Notes under the pieces: generated by a model
Database searches by the model: none
What the model saw: only the letters and a program-made list of their open reading frames with translations
Told to the model about the DNA's origin: nothing
Shown here: piece by piece, positions 37,730 through 47,626 of the stretch
Numbering within the stretch: the first letter of the stretch is position 1
Layout of the letters: each line of letters opens with the position of its first letter
Position numbers and translations under genes: made by a program
Sequence record: LC727697.1
DNA: 64,000 nt
Direction: 5' to 3' (one strand)

Positions 37730-38443
37730 CTAAATATATTTTTGTATTTCTGTAGGAAATACAAAACCGTCCACTATATTAGCATTTTTAAAATTATTTG
37801 CTATAGCAGAATACGTCGCTTCTGGATCTCCTTCATAATACGGAATAAAATTATATAAATCCTCTAAAGAATTTATATTAGCCCCTAGTACATATTTTAT
37901 TAAAGTAGGATGGGTAGTTTGCGATATAGTAACATCAGGTATAGATGTATCGTAATATCGATTTATTCGTACCATACCCCTAACAGGCGACCATATATAT
38001 CTAGAAACATAATCAGTAGTGGGATCCAAGAATTGTGTTTGGAAAATTCCAGAAATTGCTAAATTTCTATGAGATCCTTTATATGCTGAGTTTTCATCTC
38101 TAAAATAATATAATTTTAGCCAATTAACTTCCCCGTGCATAAAATCTACCTGATAATATTTAGTATCGGTGTGCTGATATTTAACAGAGAAAGATGGCTG
38201 TCCGCCATGTTGGATTACATTTTCTTGACCAAACGAAGATAATAATAAAGATTTAAAATCAGATAACGTTATATAATCTTTATCTATTGCTAAATCTATA
38301 TCACCTGTTACTGGAAATTTTCCAGTAGATCCTAAATAGTTATTCGATAAAGATAAACTAAGAATACTTTCTAACGACAACACTATATCTGGTAATACCG
38401 ATAAGCTCACCGGTTCTAATTGACCAAATGCATTTCCGCTCAT
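37730..38443 (-). CDS. Pol-beta-superfamily nucleotidyltransferase
   Basis: LGSTGK...GDIDL and third Asp in QVDFM. Confidence 0.75.
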   Translation of the reverse strand: MSGNAFGQLEPVSLSVLPDIVLSLESILSLSLSNNYLGSTGKFPVTGDIDLAIDKDYITLSDFKSLLLSSFGQENVIQHGGQPSFSVKYQHTDTKYYQVDFMHGEVNWLKLYYFRDENSAYKGSHRNLAISGIFQTQFLDPTTDYVSRYIWSPVRGMVRINRYYDTSIPDVTISQTTHPTLIKYVLGANINSLEDLYNFIPYYEGDPEATYSAIANNFKNANIVDGFVFPTEIQKYI

Positions 38444-38688
38444 TATTTTAATACGTCCGATATTGATAGATTTATTTTGCTCAAATCTGCATTATAACCT
38501 TGCGCAATGCGATCGCCTGTTTTCCAACGTTTTATTACAGATCGCTTCGCTGCGCCTGCGCCGAGGTCGCCTAATTTAATTCTCTTATTAATTATTTTAA
38601 TGACCTTTTGATATAAACTCTTATCGAAAGCTATATCCTTAGTAATATCGGATACAGGAGTTTTACTTTGTATTTCATCTAATCGCAT
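38443..38688 (-). CDS. Small basic hypothetical protein
   Basis: 81-aa ORF, TAATG coupling to the NTase gene. Confidence 0.65.
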   Translation of the reverse strand: MRLDEIQSKTPVSDITKDIAFDKSLYQKVIKIINKRIKLGDLGAGAAKRSVIKRWKTGDRIAQGYNADLSKINLSISDVLK

Positions 38689-39698
38689 TGTAAACCCTTA
38701 TTAATTATTGTTGCGTTCCTTGGCATTTGGGATTTCTTATAAACTTCTATCCGTCTGTTAGGCTCGGATTGACTAGTAAATAAGCTAGGATATCCAAATG
38801 TATCTACATCAATATATGTTAGTGTCTGGTCATTTGACCGTCGCCTAATCCTAATATATAATTCTTCCGAATTTATTAAATCAGAAACAGTTAAAAATTT
38901 ACCATTAAATGTAATTACATTATCTGTAACAGAATATTTTACATCCATGGGACCTATGTATAGATAATCTATGGGTCCTCCCATTTCTTTTGTACCTTTT
39001 ACTATCTTAGTAGCAACAGAAACTGGAATTTTATAAAATACATCCGCTGGGTCATTTTTAGAAAATTCGTGACCCTGTTTATATCCTTTGTTTTTAAAGT
39101 ATTCTATAGCACATTGCAACGGTTCGTTCATAAATCCGGGTGCTATTACGTTTATGCCTGCTAGGCCACCACCTGCTATAGACGGTGACGTAACACCTTT
39201 CATACTTATATTGTAGCACGCTCCGTTAACTGTATTAAGAACAACATCAGTGTACGGTTCTTTTCCTAAACTGTTTCTCCCACTATATTTATATGCATTT
39301 GTAACATTTTCTATTTTTAAATTAGCATTAATAGTGACAGGGCAACTACTTGTTTCATTATTTATTATAGATACAAAGGAATGCTCTTGCCTTTCTAATA
39401 ACTGTTTACTTCCAGGTTTTCCGCCAAATTCACTAGATTTTAATATTTCAGAAAGGGCTACAGTATCACTACCGGACGGGAATACAATTTTATTCCCATT
39501 TTTTAACGATTCTAGCGACTTCTCTAAACCCGAAGAACGTAAAAATTTAACAAATTTAGAATTAGCTACAGTAGACTTATATCCTAATTTTATTTTACTA
39601 CCATTTACTAGTGTAAAATACTCTCTATTTTCTATTTTATTAAGAAATATATCCCAATTATTTCTTTTTAATAGTTGAGTTTTACTTAAATGTGCCAT
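38679..39698 (-). CDS. Putative PD-(D/E)XK (restriction-like) endonuclease
   Basis: KEPYTDVVL...ISMKG pattern. Confidence 0.55.
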   Translation of the reverse strand: MAHLSKTQLLKRNNWDIFLNKIENREYFTLVNGSKIKLGYKSTVANSKFVKFLRSSGLEKSLESLKNGNKIVFPSGSDTVALSEILKSSEFGGKPGSKQLLERQEHSFVSIINNETSSCPVTINANLKIENVTNAYKYSGRNSLGKEPYTDVVLNTVNGACYNISMKGVTSPSIAGGGLAGINVIAPGFMNEPLQCAIEYFKNKGYKQGHEFSKNDPADVFYKIPVSVATKIVKGTKEMGGPIDYLYIGPMDVKYSVTDNVITFNGKFLTVSDLINSEELYIRIRRRSNDQTLTYIDVDTFGYPSLFTSQSEPNRRIEVYKKSQMPRNATIINKGLQCD

Positions 39699-41039
39699 CT
39701 ATATAGACGCCAACTTATTAAATAATTCTTTTACAGAACTAGAATTACTAACTATTTCTTTCGCATTATACAATCTATTCCTAAGATTAGAAATTGCTTC
39801 TAATGTTTTTGTATGAACAGAATCGTTATATCTAAATGTATATTTCATATACGATATATATACTACTTTTTCCATATCTTTATATCTGTTTAAATAAGAT
39901 TTAGTAAAAGTGTCTAGCTCGTTTATAGATTCAGATAGTATTCCTAATATTACATTTTTATCTATATTATTTAGAATTCTATCATCAATGTTTACTTGTT
40001 TGCGCCTAACTGTGCCTAGATTTTTATTGCCGAGGACTTTGCCTACTTTTATAAAAGTTTCACTAAATAGAGAAGTTTGTCCGGAGATATTATCATTCGT
40101 TGCCAATCTACAAAGTGCATTACTGTACATATGATAAAATTCATTTACTTCAGTAAATAAAGTCTTATCTACAATTTTTACTTGCATACTAGGTGTACGT
40201 ATTACATATCCTTCTACAAAAGTAGCACCGAAATTAGATTTTAAAGATATATCATTTAATATACGTTCTTTTAACTTAGAAGAAAACTCTTTTGTTTTGT
40301 TGAAAATATACTCTCTATTATCTTTAATGAGTTGTTTGCTATCTTCAGTAACTTTCTCGCTATTTAACCTACTGGTCACTTTAAGTTCAATTGATTTTAA
40401 ATTAGTCATCCCTTCTATTTTAGAAGGAGAACTAGCAAAGTCTACTATATCTTTTAAAATTGTATCTAATTGAAGATTAACATTAGATAGTTTTATACTT
40501 TCTAATTTAGAAAATTCCCATTCTGTTATACTCGTCTCTTCAGTAAAACCTACACCATTGTCATTTACCACAGGTATAGACAACTCAACACAATCTCTTA
40601 TGTTATTCATTGCTGTAGATACACAATCAAACGAATTGCCGTTTAAATTTCTTAAAAACACAATTCGATTAATGCCGTCATATTCAATTACGTTGGGTAT
40701 CTTCCCGTATAATACTTCAATTTCATATATATCTCCAACTGATAATCCACTTTTAATTAAAATGTCTTTATTTTGTTCTAACAGGGTGTGGGCTATTATA
40801 TGGTATACATTCTTAAATGTCTTTTCTAATGCAGAAATATTATAAATTCTAGTTCCACCCTTACCTTCCCTGGATGTAAATAGACCTATATTATCTAACC
40901 CCATACATAAATAGTAACCGTCTATTTTTTCTGTTATAGTAGCTTCATGCATGGAATTAACAAATGATACTAATTCTGTGAGTGTTAAGTTATCTAAATG
41001 TTTAATCCCTTTGTGTTTTTGTATTTCTGCAATATTCAT
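39699..41039 (-). CDS. ATP-dependent ligase-fold nucleotidyltransferase (RNA-ligase-like)
   Basis: Motif I TEKIDG, III EIEVL, IV EGYV, V VKIVDK. Confidence 0.7.
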   Translation of the reverse strand: MNIAEIQKHKGIKHLDNLTLTELVSFVNSMHEATITEKIDGYYLCMGLDNIGLFTSREGKGGTRIYNISALEKTFKNVYHIIAHTLLEQNKDILIKSGLSVGDIYEIEVLYGKIPNVIEYDGINRIVFLRNLNGNSFDCVSTAMNNIRDCVELSIPVVNDNGVGFTEETSITEWEFSKLESIKLSNVNLQLDTILKDIVDFASSPSKIEGMTNLKSIELKVTSRLNSEKVTEDSKQLIKDNREYIFNKTKEFSSKLKERILNDISLKSNFGATFVEGYVIRTPSMQVKIVDKTLFTEVNEFYHMYSNALCRLATNDNISGQTSLFSETFIKVGKVLGNKNLGTVRRKQVNIDDRILNNIDKNVILGILSESINELDTFTKSYLNRYKDMEKVVYISYMKYTFRYNDSVHTKTLEAISNLRNRLYNAKEIVSNSSSVKELFNKLASI

Positions 41040-41063
41040 ACTATTACCTTATTATTCGAAGTT

Positions 41064-41093
41064 ATAATAGCAAAAATCCCGTTATTGCGTCAA
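41064..41093 (-). promoter_or_regulatory. sigma70-type promoter with its -35 in a terminator loop
   Basis: TTGACG-N18-TATTAT. Confidence 0.7.
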
Positions 41094-41110
41094 GCAGTAA
41101 CGGGATTTTT
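41072..41110 (-). terminator. Intrinsic terminator
   Basis: AAAAATCCCGTTA / TAACGGGATTTTT arms. Confidence 0.85.
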
Positions 41111-41123
41111 ATAGAAAATAATA

Positions 41124-42323
41124 TTACCGATGTTTTCTATTTAACCGTTTAGATTCATTATCTGGATCGAGTTCATTGGTATCTCGGTGTTCAGTCTCAG
41201 AAGTTAATTGAGTAATAATATCTAAAACATCTTTGTCAGATAAAGTAGACTTTTCCATTATAGGAGATTCGATACTTTCAGGAAGAAGTTTATACAATCT
41301 AGATTGGTTTCTTTTTAGCCATGATAGTACGGGCGCTCGCAACCCTGCTTTCTTAATAAGAGATGCTACCCTAACCAATTCTTCGTTATAATCTTCTTCT
41401 TTTGTAATTCCTGCTTCTTTGAATATATTTTTGATTTCTCTATCACTAAATTTAAAATCTTTGAGAATTTGCTCTATATCTGCACTATCAGTAGAACCGT
41501 GATATTTATTCTTCCATACTCGTTTTAGTATATCTGCATCAACTTCGCCGCGACCGCCATTTAGACCTAATTGTCCCTTTAATACATCTAGCTTATTAGA
41601 TGCATTTTGTCCTACATTTGAATTGCCGATAGTGTCTGTGACTCTAGACCAAGCCCTCGATAAAAAATCCAATGGTCCTTCGTTTATAATAGATTCATTT
41701 GTAGAGGAAGTATCATCTAATTCTTTATTGACTTTATCTAATGCAAATGATAACATCGCAAATATTTCGTTTGCTACTGTTCCTTTTTTAGCAGATTCTG
41801 CGGCGGCAGATAAAGTAGATGATATAAATGCAGCGGCGGCAGAATTAGATAGCTGTCTCATTAAATAATCTACCATTTTATTAACATCTGCTGCTCGTCT
41901 TTGGCCAGATAATGCAGTCTTTATATCTACTTTATCTTTTATTGCCTGTTTATTAAGTTTACGCTGAGCTTCTTCGGCAGTTTCTTTATCATCTGACTGA
42001 ACTTCATGTGATATTTCAGTTTGTTCTGCCTGATCATATATTTGGTCTATTACGGGCTCTATTCGCTGTTTAACTTGATTGGCAGCATTTGATGCACTTC
42101 TGTTATCAGAGGTAAAGGATCCTAAAAATCCTTTACCAGATCCTCTTTTCTTAGAAGCAATGTTGAATATATTTACTATTTCTCCCGGAGAAATAAATGC
42201 CTCTATGATTGTAGTAAACTCCGAAATATCGTTACGCACAGATTCATAGAGACGGTTTAGATCTTTTAATTCCTGTTTAGATTTTTCTGTAGATAAAAAT
42301 CTTTTAAAAGTTTTATTAGTCAT
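41124..42323 (-). CDS. Probable head-internal helical protein
   Basis: 399 aa; INE|G, LPE|S, TNE|S sites; in late operon. Confidence 0.6.
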   Translation of the reverse strand: MTNKTFKRFLSTEKSKQELKDLNRLYESVRNDISEFTTIIEAFISPGEIVNIFNIASKKRGSGKGFLGSFTSDNRSASNAANQVKQRIEPVIDQIYDQAEQTEISHEVQSDDKETAEEAQRKLNKQAIKDKVDIKTALSGQRRAADVNKMVDYLMRQLSNSAAAAFISSTLSAAAESAKKGTVANEIFAMLSFALDKVNKELDDTSSTNESIINEGPLDFLSRAWSRVTDTIGNSNVGQNASNKLDVLKGQLGLNGGRGEVDADILKRVWKNKYHGSTDSADIEQILKDFKFSDREIKNIFKEAGITKEEDYNEELVRVASLIKKAGLRAPVLSWLKRNQSRLYKLLPESIESPIMEKSTLSDKDVLDIITQLTSETEHRDTNELDPDNESKRLNRKHR

Positions 42324-42927
42324 CGTTTTCTAATTCTCGTATTAGCGTAAGAAGTTGTCTTTTATTTAACACACCTGATGTTACAAATCTTTGAATACGC
42401 TCCATGTCTTCCTGTTGTTCTGGAGTCAATTCAAATGTATTAGCTTTAGTGTAGGAGTTAAGTTCGCCTGCTATGTCAGGTCTTGGCTCGGGAGCGCGGG
42501 TGGTCGCTGGTCGTTGTGTTTGTTTAGGTTGTTCAGGTTTTGTTTCTAGTTTTTGTGTATCTGGAATAATTTCAGGTATTTTTGTTTGGACTTTTAATTT
42601 ACCTTGAATTATATCTTGCACCTGCTCTTCCGGATATCCTAAACCTATAAGAAACTGCTTTACATATTCTGGATCAGTTTCTTTTTTTTCTGGACCTACT
42701 TTTGCATTATCTTCACTTGCTTTTTTAACAAATTGTTTAACGACTTCTTTAGTAGTACGTTTAGTAGGCGCTTTTTTATTAGGTTGTTTAGAAGCTATCT
42801 TCTTTTTAGAAGAAGATTCTGCATCAGATACATCCGGTGCTTCATGCATATAGCTGCTCTGTTGTGCTACCGGACTGTTTAACCCAATGAAATCGTCAAA
42901 TGTACTAGCTTCGAATACTTTTTTCAT
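42316..42927 (-). CDS. Probable head-internal protein
   Basis: MKKVFE|A start; Lys- and Pro-rich linkers. Confidence 0.6.
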   Translation of the reverse strand: MKKVFEASTFDDFIGLNSPVAQQSSYMHEAPDVSDAESSSKKKIASKQPNKKAPTKRTTKEVVKQFVKKASEDNAKVGPEKKETDPEYVKQFLIGLGYPEEQVQDIIQGKLKVQTKIPEIIPDTQKLETKPEQPKQTQRPATTRAPEPRPDIAGELNSYTKANTFELTPEQQEDMERIQRFVTSGVLNKRQLLTLIRELENDD

Positions 42928-42929
42928 TA

Positions 42930-43169
42930 TTATTCCTTAAGTTTTCTCACTGACTTACTAAATCGTTTAGCATCCTTGTATTTGATACTACTAAGTAATT
43001 TTTTTTCTAATTGCTCTGCGTCTGCATCAGAGTAATTAGATTCGATATACTCAATTAGATGAATTGCAGATTGTATTATATGTTCTGCTCTATATTCTAT
43101 CAATTCTTCTTTGCTCTTAGAAGGAACATAATTATTAAGTTCTTCTAAAATACTACGTCTAGTACTCAC
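42930..43169 (-). CDS. Small hypothetical protein
   Basis: GTG start with AGGGG RBS; late motif at 43191-43197. Confidence 0.7.
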   Translation of the reverse strand: MSTRRSILEELNNYVPSKSKEELIEYRAEHIIQSAIHLIEYIESNYSDADAEQLEKKLLSSIKYKDAKRFSKSVRKLKE

Positions 43170-43209
43170 ATCAGTATCCCCTATTCGTTATATTTATCTA
43201 CTATTACTA

Positions 43210-44649
43210 TTATCTGTTGCCGCTAAGTAGATTACGAAGCCGGGCACTTTTTTCTACCATAGATTCTGCCGGTTTTTGTTCAATAACAGGTGTCTTTTGT
43301 ACATGAGTATCTTTATTATTAGGTGTGTCTAATGACCTATCTGCGCGGAGTTTATCAATAACACTCCTTGTATTCTCGGATAATGCGCTAGCTTGTTCTG
43401 GATCTAAATCAGATAATCTTAGTGTTCTTTGATCAAACGCAAGATCTACTTTCTGCCCGACGCCCGACGACGAACGTGTTTTAAGAAATTGAATTTGATA
43501 TCTTCCATTTTCTCTCATAGCTTGCGTTGTAAAAATAGCTATTACATTATCGGCAGTATTAATCTTAGAAATACCCCCAGAAATGTGTTCATGTCCAAAA
43601 TCTACAGATTCGTGTGAATTTCTGTTTAACTGCGATGCAGTGACTAATAGAATTTGAAGCTCAACTGCTAAGTTCCTTAATTCTTCAGAAACGTATTTGT
43701 CTTTAACAAACAGATCCGATGGACTTACCTTTTTACTTATAGGCATACACAAATCCAAATAGTCTAACATTATTGCATCTACTTTTAATCCTGTTTGAAT
43801 TTCGTATTCTTTTATATAAGAACGTATATCGTTGGCTGTACAACCATTGGGTAATTGCTTAATTCGAAGGGAGCCCTTAGTTTTCTTTTTAGATTCAATA
43901 ACTTTTATAGCTACGTCATCTACCCTGCGTAAAACTTCTTTTGTATCAATACCTGTGTTCATAGAATCTATGCGCATAGAACATAAGTTTTCGCTCAATT
44001 CTAAACTAAGGTAAACTACGTTAAGTCCTGCTATAGCCCAATTTAACCCTATATTTTGTAGGAATATAGATTTGCCAGCGCCCGATTGTCCTGCAAAAAT
44101 ATTTAGAGCGCCGCGCTCAAAACCACCGTACAGTTTTGCATCTAAATCTTTCATGCCAGTTGACACTAACGATTTTCTGTCTTTAATGGCATTAAGTCTA
44201 GACAGTGGATCTCCAAAATAATCAGTACCTAAATCTTTAACTAATGCAATAGAAACTGCATTCTTAACTTTTTGTTCAACTTCTCCGTACCGACCGGTAA
44301 CTAATAAATCAGGAGACTCTAATATCACATTCTCTAGTTGTTTATGCCTAGCAAATGTTTCGTATTCTTCTAAAAACCAATTTTTGTGGCTATCATGTAT
44401 GTTATCTAATAACTCAAATGATTTTCCTGTTATGGCAGATACTTGTTCTACAGTAGGAAGAGTACTATGTTTATCTGCATGTTCATTTAGAAAATCTATA
44501 ACTTTTTGGTTAATCTTATCCGAATAGTGGTCTCGTTGTATTATAGATCGGCATCTAATAAACAATTCTGGGTCAGTTAAGAAAAATTTTATAAACAAAT
44601 CTTCTACGCCAGTATTATAATCCTTTACTACGTCTTTGTTTTGTTTCAC
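43210..44649 (-). CDS. gp41: Replicative helicase gp41/DnaB-like
   Basis: GQSGAGKS, LSLELSE, LDYLDL, ASQLNR, KTRSS. Confidence 0.95.
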   Translation of the reverse strand: MKQNKDVVKDYNTGVEDLFIKFFLTDPELFIRCRSIIQRDHYSDKINQKVIDFLNEHADKHSTLPTVEQVSAITGKSFELLDNIHDSHKNWFLEEYETFARHKQLENVILESPDLLVTGRYGEVEQKVKNAVSIALVKDLGTDYFGDPLSRLNAIKDRKSLVSTGMKDLDAKLYGGFERGALNIFAGQSGAGKSIFLQNIGLNWAIAGLNVVYLSLELSENLCSMRIDSMNTGIDTKEVLRRVDDVAIKVIESKKKTKGSLRIKQLPNGCTANDIRSYIKEYEIQTGLKVDAIMLDYLDLCMPISKKVSPSDLFVKDKYVSEELRNLAVELQILLVTASQLNRNSHESVDFGHEHISGGISKINTADNVIAIFTTQAMRENGRYQIQFLKTRSSSGVGQKVDLAFDQRTLRLSDLDPEQASALSENTRSVIDKLRADRSLDTPNNKDTHVQKTPVIEQKPAESMVEKSARLRNLLSGNR

Positions 44650-44650
44650 A

Positions 44651-45673
44651 CTATATTCCTTTTATTTTTCTTTTAATTCGTATGGCAGTAGAATTCCGTT
44701 CGATACCGTATATAATACTCTGAACTGTAAGTAATCTTCCATATTTTTGGGATGCTTCACTAGCATCTTTTATATTATTATCCCAATTAGGAAATGATAC
44801 ATACCAGTTATATTCTAAAGCAGAATCTACTAAATGACTGCCGTTACTATCAAAATCAGGCAATACTATTATTTCTTTGCCTAGCGAGTTTATTATATTT
44901 GCTTGATGTTTACTTACAGAACCCATGGTAGATACTCCATCTACCATTATAGCATCTATTACTCCTTCCGTTAGTATAACATATTTTCTATTGTAGGATC
45001 TTTGGGAATCTAACCCATACACAAAATGTTCGGGGAATCTATTTTCATATCTTCTTATTTCTAATTCATTTGGTTGTTCTTCAAAATATCTTCCGCAATA
45101 TCCTACAACTTTTCCATTATATGTGAACGGAAGTATTATTCGTTTATTCCATAAAAATTTCTGAGAGGGTGACCAGTATATATTAGACATATCCGGAAAT
45201 CCTCTAGATAAGGCATACATTGCACATTTAAGAAGATTGGGATCATTAGGAGATATTTCTAACCATTCTAATATAGGTTTAGAATTTTTAGGAAGACTAG
45301 TAGTAGTCCAATTAGTTTTAATACTTAATTCTAGTTCGGGAGTTTTAAATATGTCTCCTGCTTCTTTCTCTCTAAATGCCTGGAATTTAAGTTTACGAAT
45401 ATCATCATCGGATGTACCTATATGTCGTAGAAGGAACTCTATTTTCTCTCCTATCAGAGCCCCCGGAGTCCATTTTGTTACAAATGTACAGTTAAAGCAA
45501 TGGACCCCTATTGTTCCATCCGATTCAAACATAACACCGAACCGTTTTCGCTTATCAGCAGTTGTACCCATAGCGACACACAAAGGACAATTACAAACTA
45601 ACCATCCTTTGTTTCCTGGCTTTAAATACGGAAGTCTAGAAGTTATTTCTTGTTTTAAAAGTTCGCTAATCAC
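44651..45673 (-). CDS. gp61: DNA primase gp61-like
   Basis: CPLC/HCFNC zinc ribbon, TEGVID and PDFD TOPRIM motifs; start moved to GTG 45673 by promoter geometry. Confidence 0.9.
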   Translation of the reverse strand: MISELLKQEITSRLPYLKPGNKGWLVCNCPLCVAMGTTADKRKRFGVMFESDGTIGVHCFNCTFVTKWTPGALIGEKIEFLLRHIGTSDDDIRKLKFQAFREKEAGDIFKTPELELSIKTNWTTTSLPKNSKPILEWLEISPNDPNLLKCAMYALSRGFPDMSNIYWSPSQKFLWNKRIILPFTYNGKVVGYCGRYFEEQPNELEIRRYENRFPEHFVYGLDSQRSYNRKYVILTEGVIDAIMVDGVSTMGSVSKHQANIINSLGKEIIVLPDFDSNGSHLVDSALEYNWYVSFPNWDNNIKDASEASQKYGRLLTVQSIIYGIERNSTAIRIKRKIKGI

Positions 45674-45679
45674 GCGCAC

Positions 45680-45708
45680 ATTATAGCATGCACGTTTTTC
45701 GTTGTCAA
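45680..45708 (-). promoter_or_regulatory. sigma70-type promoter giving a leaderless primase mRNA
   Basis: TTGACA-N17-TATAAT, then 6 nt to GTG. Confidence 0.8.
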
Positions 45709-46578
45709 TTAACTTCTTAACATTACTTTAGAAATTTCTCCATTGTTTGGGATTGTCGAATCCGGATACCAACGGAATTTTAACCAAAGAACATTTGCTT
45801 GAAAAGTGTATGGCATTATTCCAGTGAAATTATTAAACTGAATATAATCAAACATAGATCTTAAATTAATCGGAAACCAAGAACTAAATTCATCTTCTAG
45901 CGAAGGAATTTGGTCTAATGTACCATATACTTCAAATTTACCTGTGAAATTTTCTGCATATATTGCAATAGTATGCACACCCGATCTATAATTTTTTACT
46001 CTATTAGATGGAAATGGACCTGCATTGTAATAATTAAAAGTATAATCAGTGTTTATTACTTTTCGCCATTCAGTAGCAACTATAGTGTCTATGGGCGCCT
46101 TTTCTAAACTATCTCTAACTTCTGCATACAGTTGTATATCAGATGATGTATTTGTATAAAACGGCGTACTAATTACAGGGAGTCCGTCTATATTAGATAT
46201 GCCGGGAATAAATTCTTCTTGTCCTATTATACTCAAAGTGTAATATCCATTAGGCACATTTATTAGATCTCCTTCTAATATAGACAATATAAAAATTCCA
46301 GGAGACTGCTCATATATATCACACTGTTTTACTAGCACTCGTTCTTTATTTTCTGTATTAATTAAACTAGCAAACACAGAAAGTCCATGAATATTTACTA
46401 ATCGTCTATCAGGATTATAAACCCTAAATTTTACTTGATTATCTACACCTTTGTATAGTTTTATTGTTTGTGAATGCATAGGTCTATTATCCAATAATTT
46501 ACAATTGCAAGAAAGTATACCGTTATCATATAACAGTTCTACAAAATTATCATATTTATATAATGTATGGAATGTCAT
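45709..46578 (-). CDS. Probable virion structural protein (beta-rich, BppU-N-like)
   Basis: IKLYKGVDNQVKFRVYNPDRR; TATAAATA 5 nt before ATG. Confidence 0.6.
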   Translation of the reverse strand: MTFHTLYKYDNFVELLYDNGILSCNCKLLDNRPMHSQTIKLYKGVDNQVKFRVYNPDRRLVNIHGLSVFASLINTENKERVLVKQCDIYEQSPGIFILSILEGDLINVPNGYYTLSIIGQEEFIPGISNIDGLPVISTPFYTNTSSDIQLYAEVRDSLEKAPIDTIVATEWRKVINTDYTFNYYNAGPFPSNRVKNYRSGVHTIAIYAENFTGKFEVYGTLDQIPSLEDEFSSWFPINLRSMFDYIQFNNFTGIMPYTFQANVLWLKFRWYPDSTIPNNGEISKVMLRS

Positions 46579-46583
46579 ACACG

Positions 46584-46621
46584 TATTTATATTAAAACGG
46601 TTAGTGTTAAAGGAATAAATA
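46584..46621. promoter_or_regulatory. Divergent pair of T4-like late promoters
   Basis: TATAAATA on minus (46591-46584) and ATAAATA on plus (46615-46621). Confidence 0.6.
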
Positions 46622-46640
46622 ATACAGAGAGAAGAAAATC

Positions 46641-47039
46641 ATGGACAACACAAATAATAATACAATAGATCAAGAGTTAGCAGAATTATCTGAAAAATTT
46701 CCATTTTTGAGTGGCATACAACACTTAGAAAATTTCTATATAGGAATTATTCAAAATTCGGATGACAAATATATAAGTTTTTATGATTTTAAATCATTAA
46801 AAAACAGTCAACACAAAGATATATTTCTTCAATGCGGTGACTGTTGGTGGTGGGAATCTTCTAGGATATTACCAATAAATATATTCATGCCAAACGAAAT
46901 GGCAGAATTTAGATATTGCCTAAAAACCCTAGTAAACAAAGATATAAAAATAGTTTTCGGACCATGTACTTCTCTTAACAATATGCTCAAAAAGAGAATA
47001 AAAAGACGACAAGTATCTTTAATCAGGAAAATAACTTAA
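46641..47039 (+). CDS. Hypothetical protein
   Basis: 132-aa ORF on plus strand with late motif upstream. Confidence 0.75.
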   Translation: MDNTNNNTIDQELAELSEKFPFLSGIQHLENFYIGIIQNSDDKYISFYDFKSLKNSQHKDIFLQCGDCWWWESSRILPINIFMPNEMAEFRYCLKTLVNKDIKIVFGPCTSLNNMLKKRIKRRQVSLIRKIT

Positions 47040-47625
47040 ATGGATCGGGTTCTTGTTCTGCTTCTTCTTCTAATAAATTCAACTGAACAACAATTGCAAG
47101 TGCATAACTAATGGCATGTGCTTTTTTAAAATGATATGATCCGTCGCTGGGCTTATCCCACACAGTTTTGGCAATAATATCCCAAGGTTTATATTGTAAA
47201 TGATACTTACTCGGACGTATAACAGCCAGCAACATTGCTAACTGTTCTACACTTTTCGGTTTCATTCCTACTGCTAGATCAGCATAATTTCCTAAATGAA
47301 ATAAATTTTGAACTATCTGTTTATGTTCAAAATAAGACCAGTTAGGTTCTTTATCTATTAATTTCTTTAGATGTTCCTCTGATCTAACTTGTTCGTATAT
47401 ACTTACGTTAAGAAGATCAATCTTCATGTAGCCTAATTCTTCTGCAACTTTATAATCTATGTTGCTCATATTTTGTTCCGGATCAAACGGAATAGGTTGA
47501 AAATATACACCAGATAAATGTTTCTTTCCTACTCCGTCTAATTTAGCAGATATGTGTTGTAGTCCAGACAAAACTGTTAACCTATCTGCTACGTCAATAT
47601 CAACATCAGTAACTACTTTTGCCAT
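47023..47625 (-). CDS. dnaE: DNA polymerase III alpha-like protein, C-terminal half (catalytic Asp residues)
   Basis: TDVDID, KHLSGVY, MKIDLL, FKKAHAISYA match DnaE palm/finger motifs. Confidence 0.88.
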   Translation of the reverse strand: MAKVVTDVDIDVADRLTVLSGLQHISAKLDGVGKKHLSGVYFQPIPFDPEQNMSNIDYKVAEELGYMKIDLLNVSIYEQVRSEEHLKKLIDKEPNWSYFEHKQIVQNLFHLGNYADLAVGMKPKSVEQLAMLLAVIRPSKYHLQYKPWDIIAKTVWDKPSDGSYHFKKAHAISYALAIVVQLNLLEEEAEQEPDPFKLFS

Positions 47626-47626
47626 A

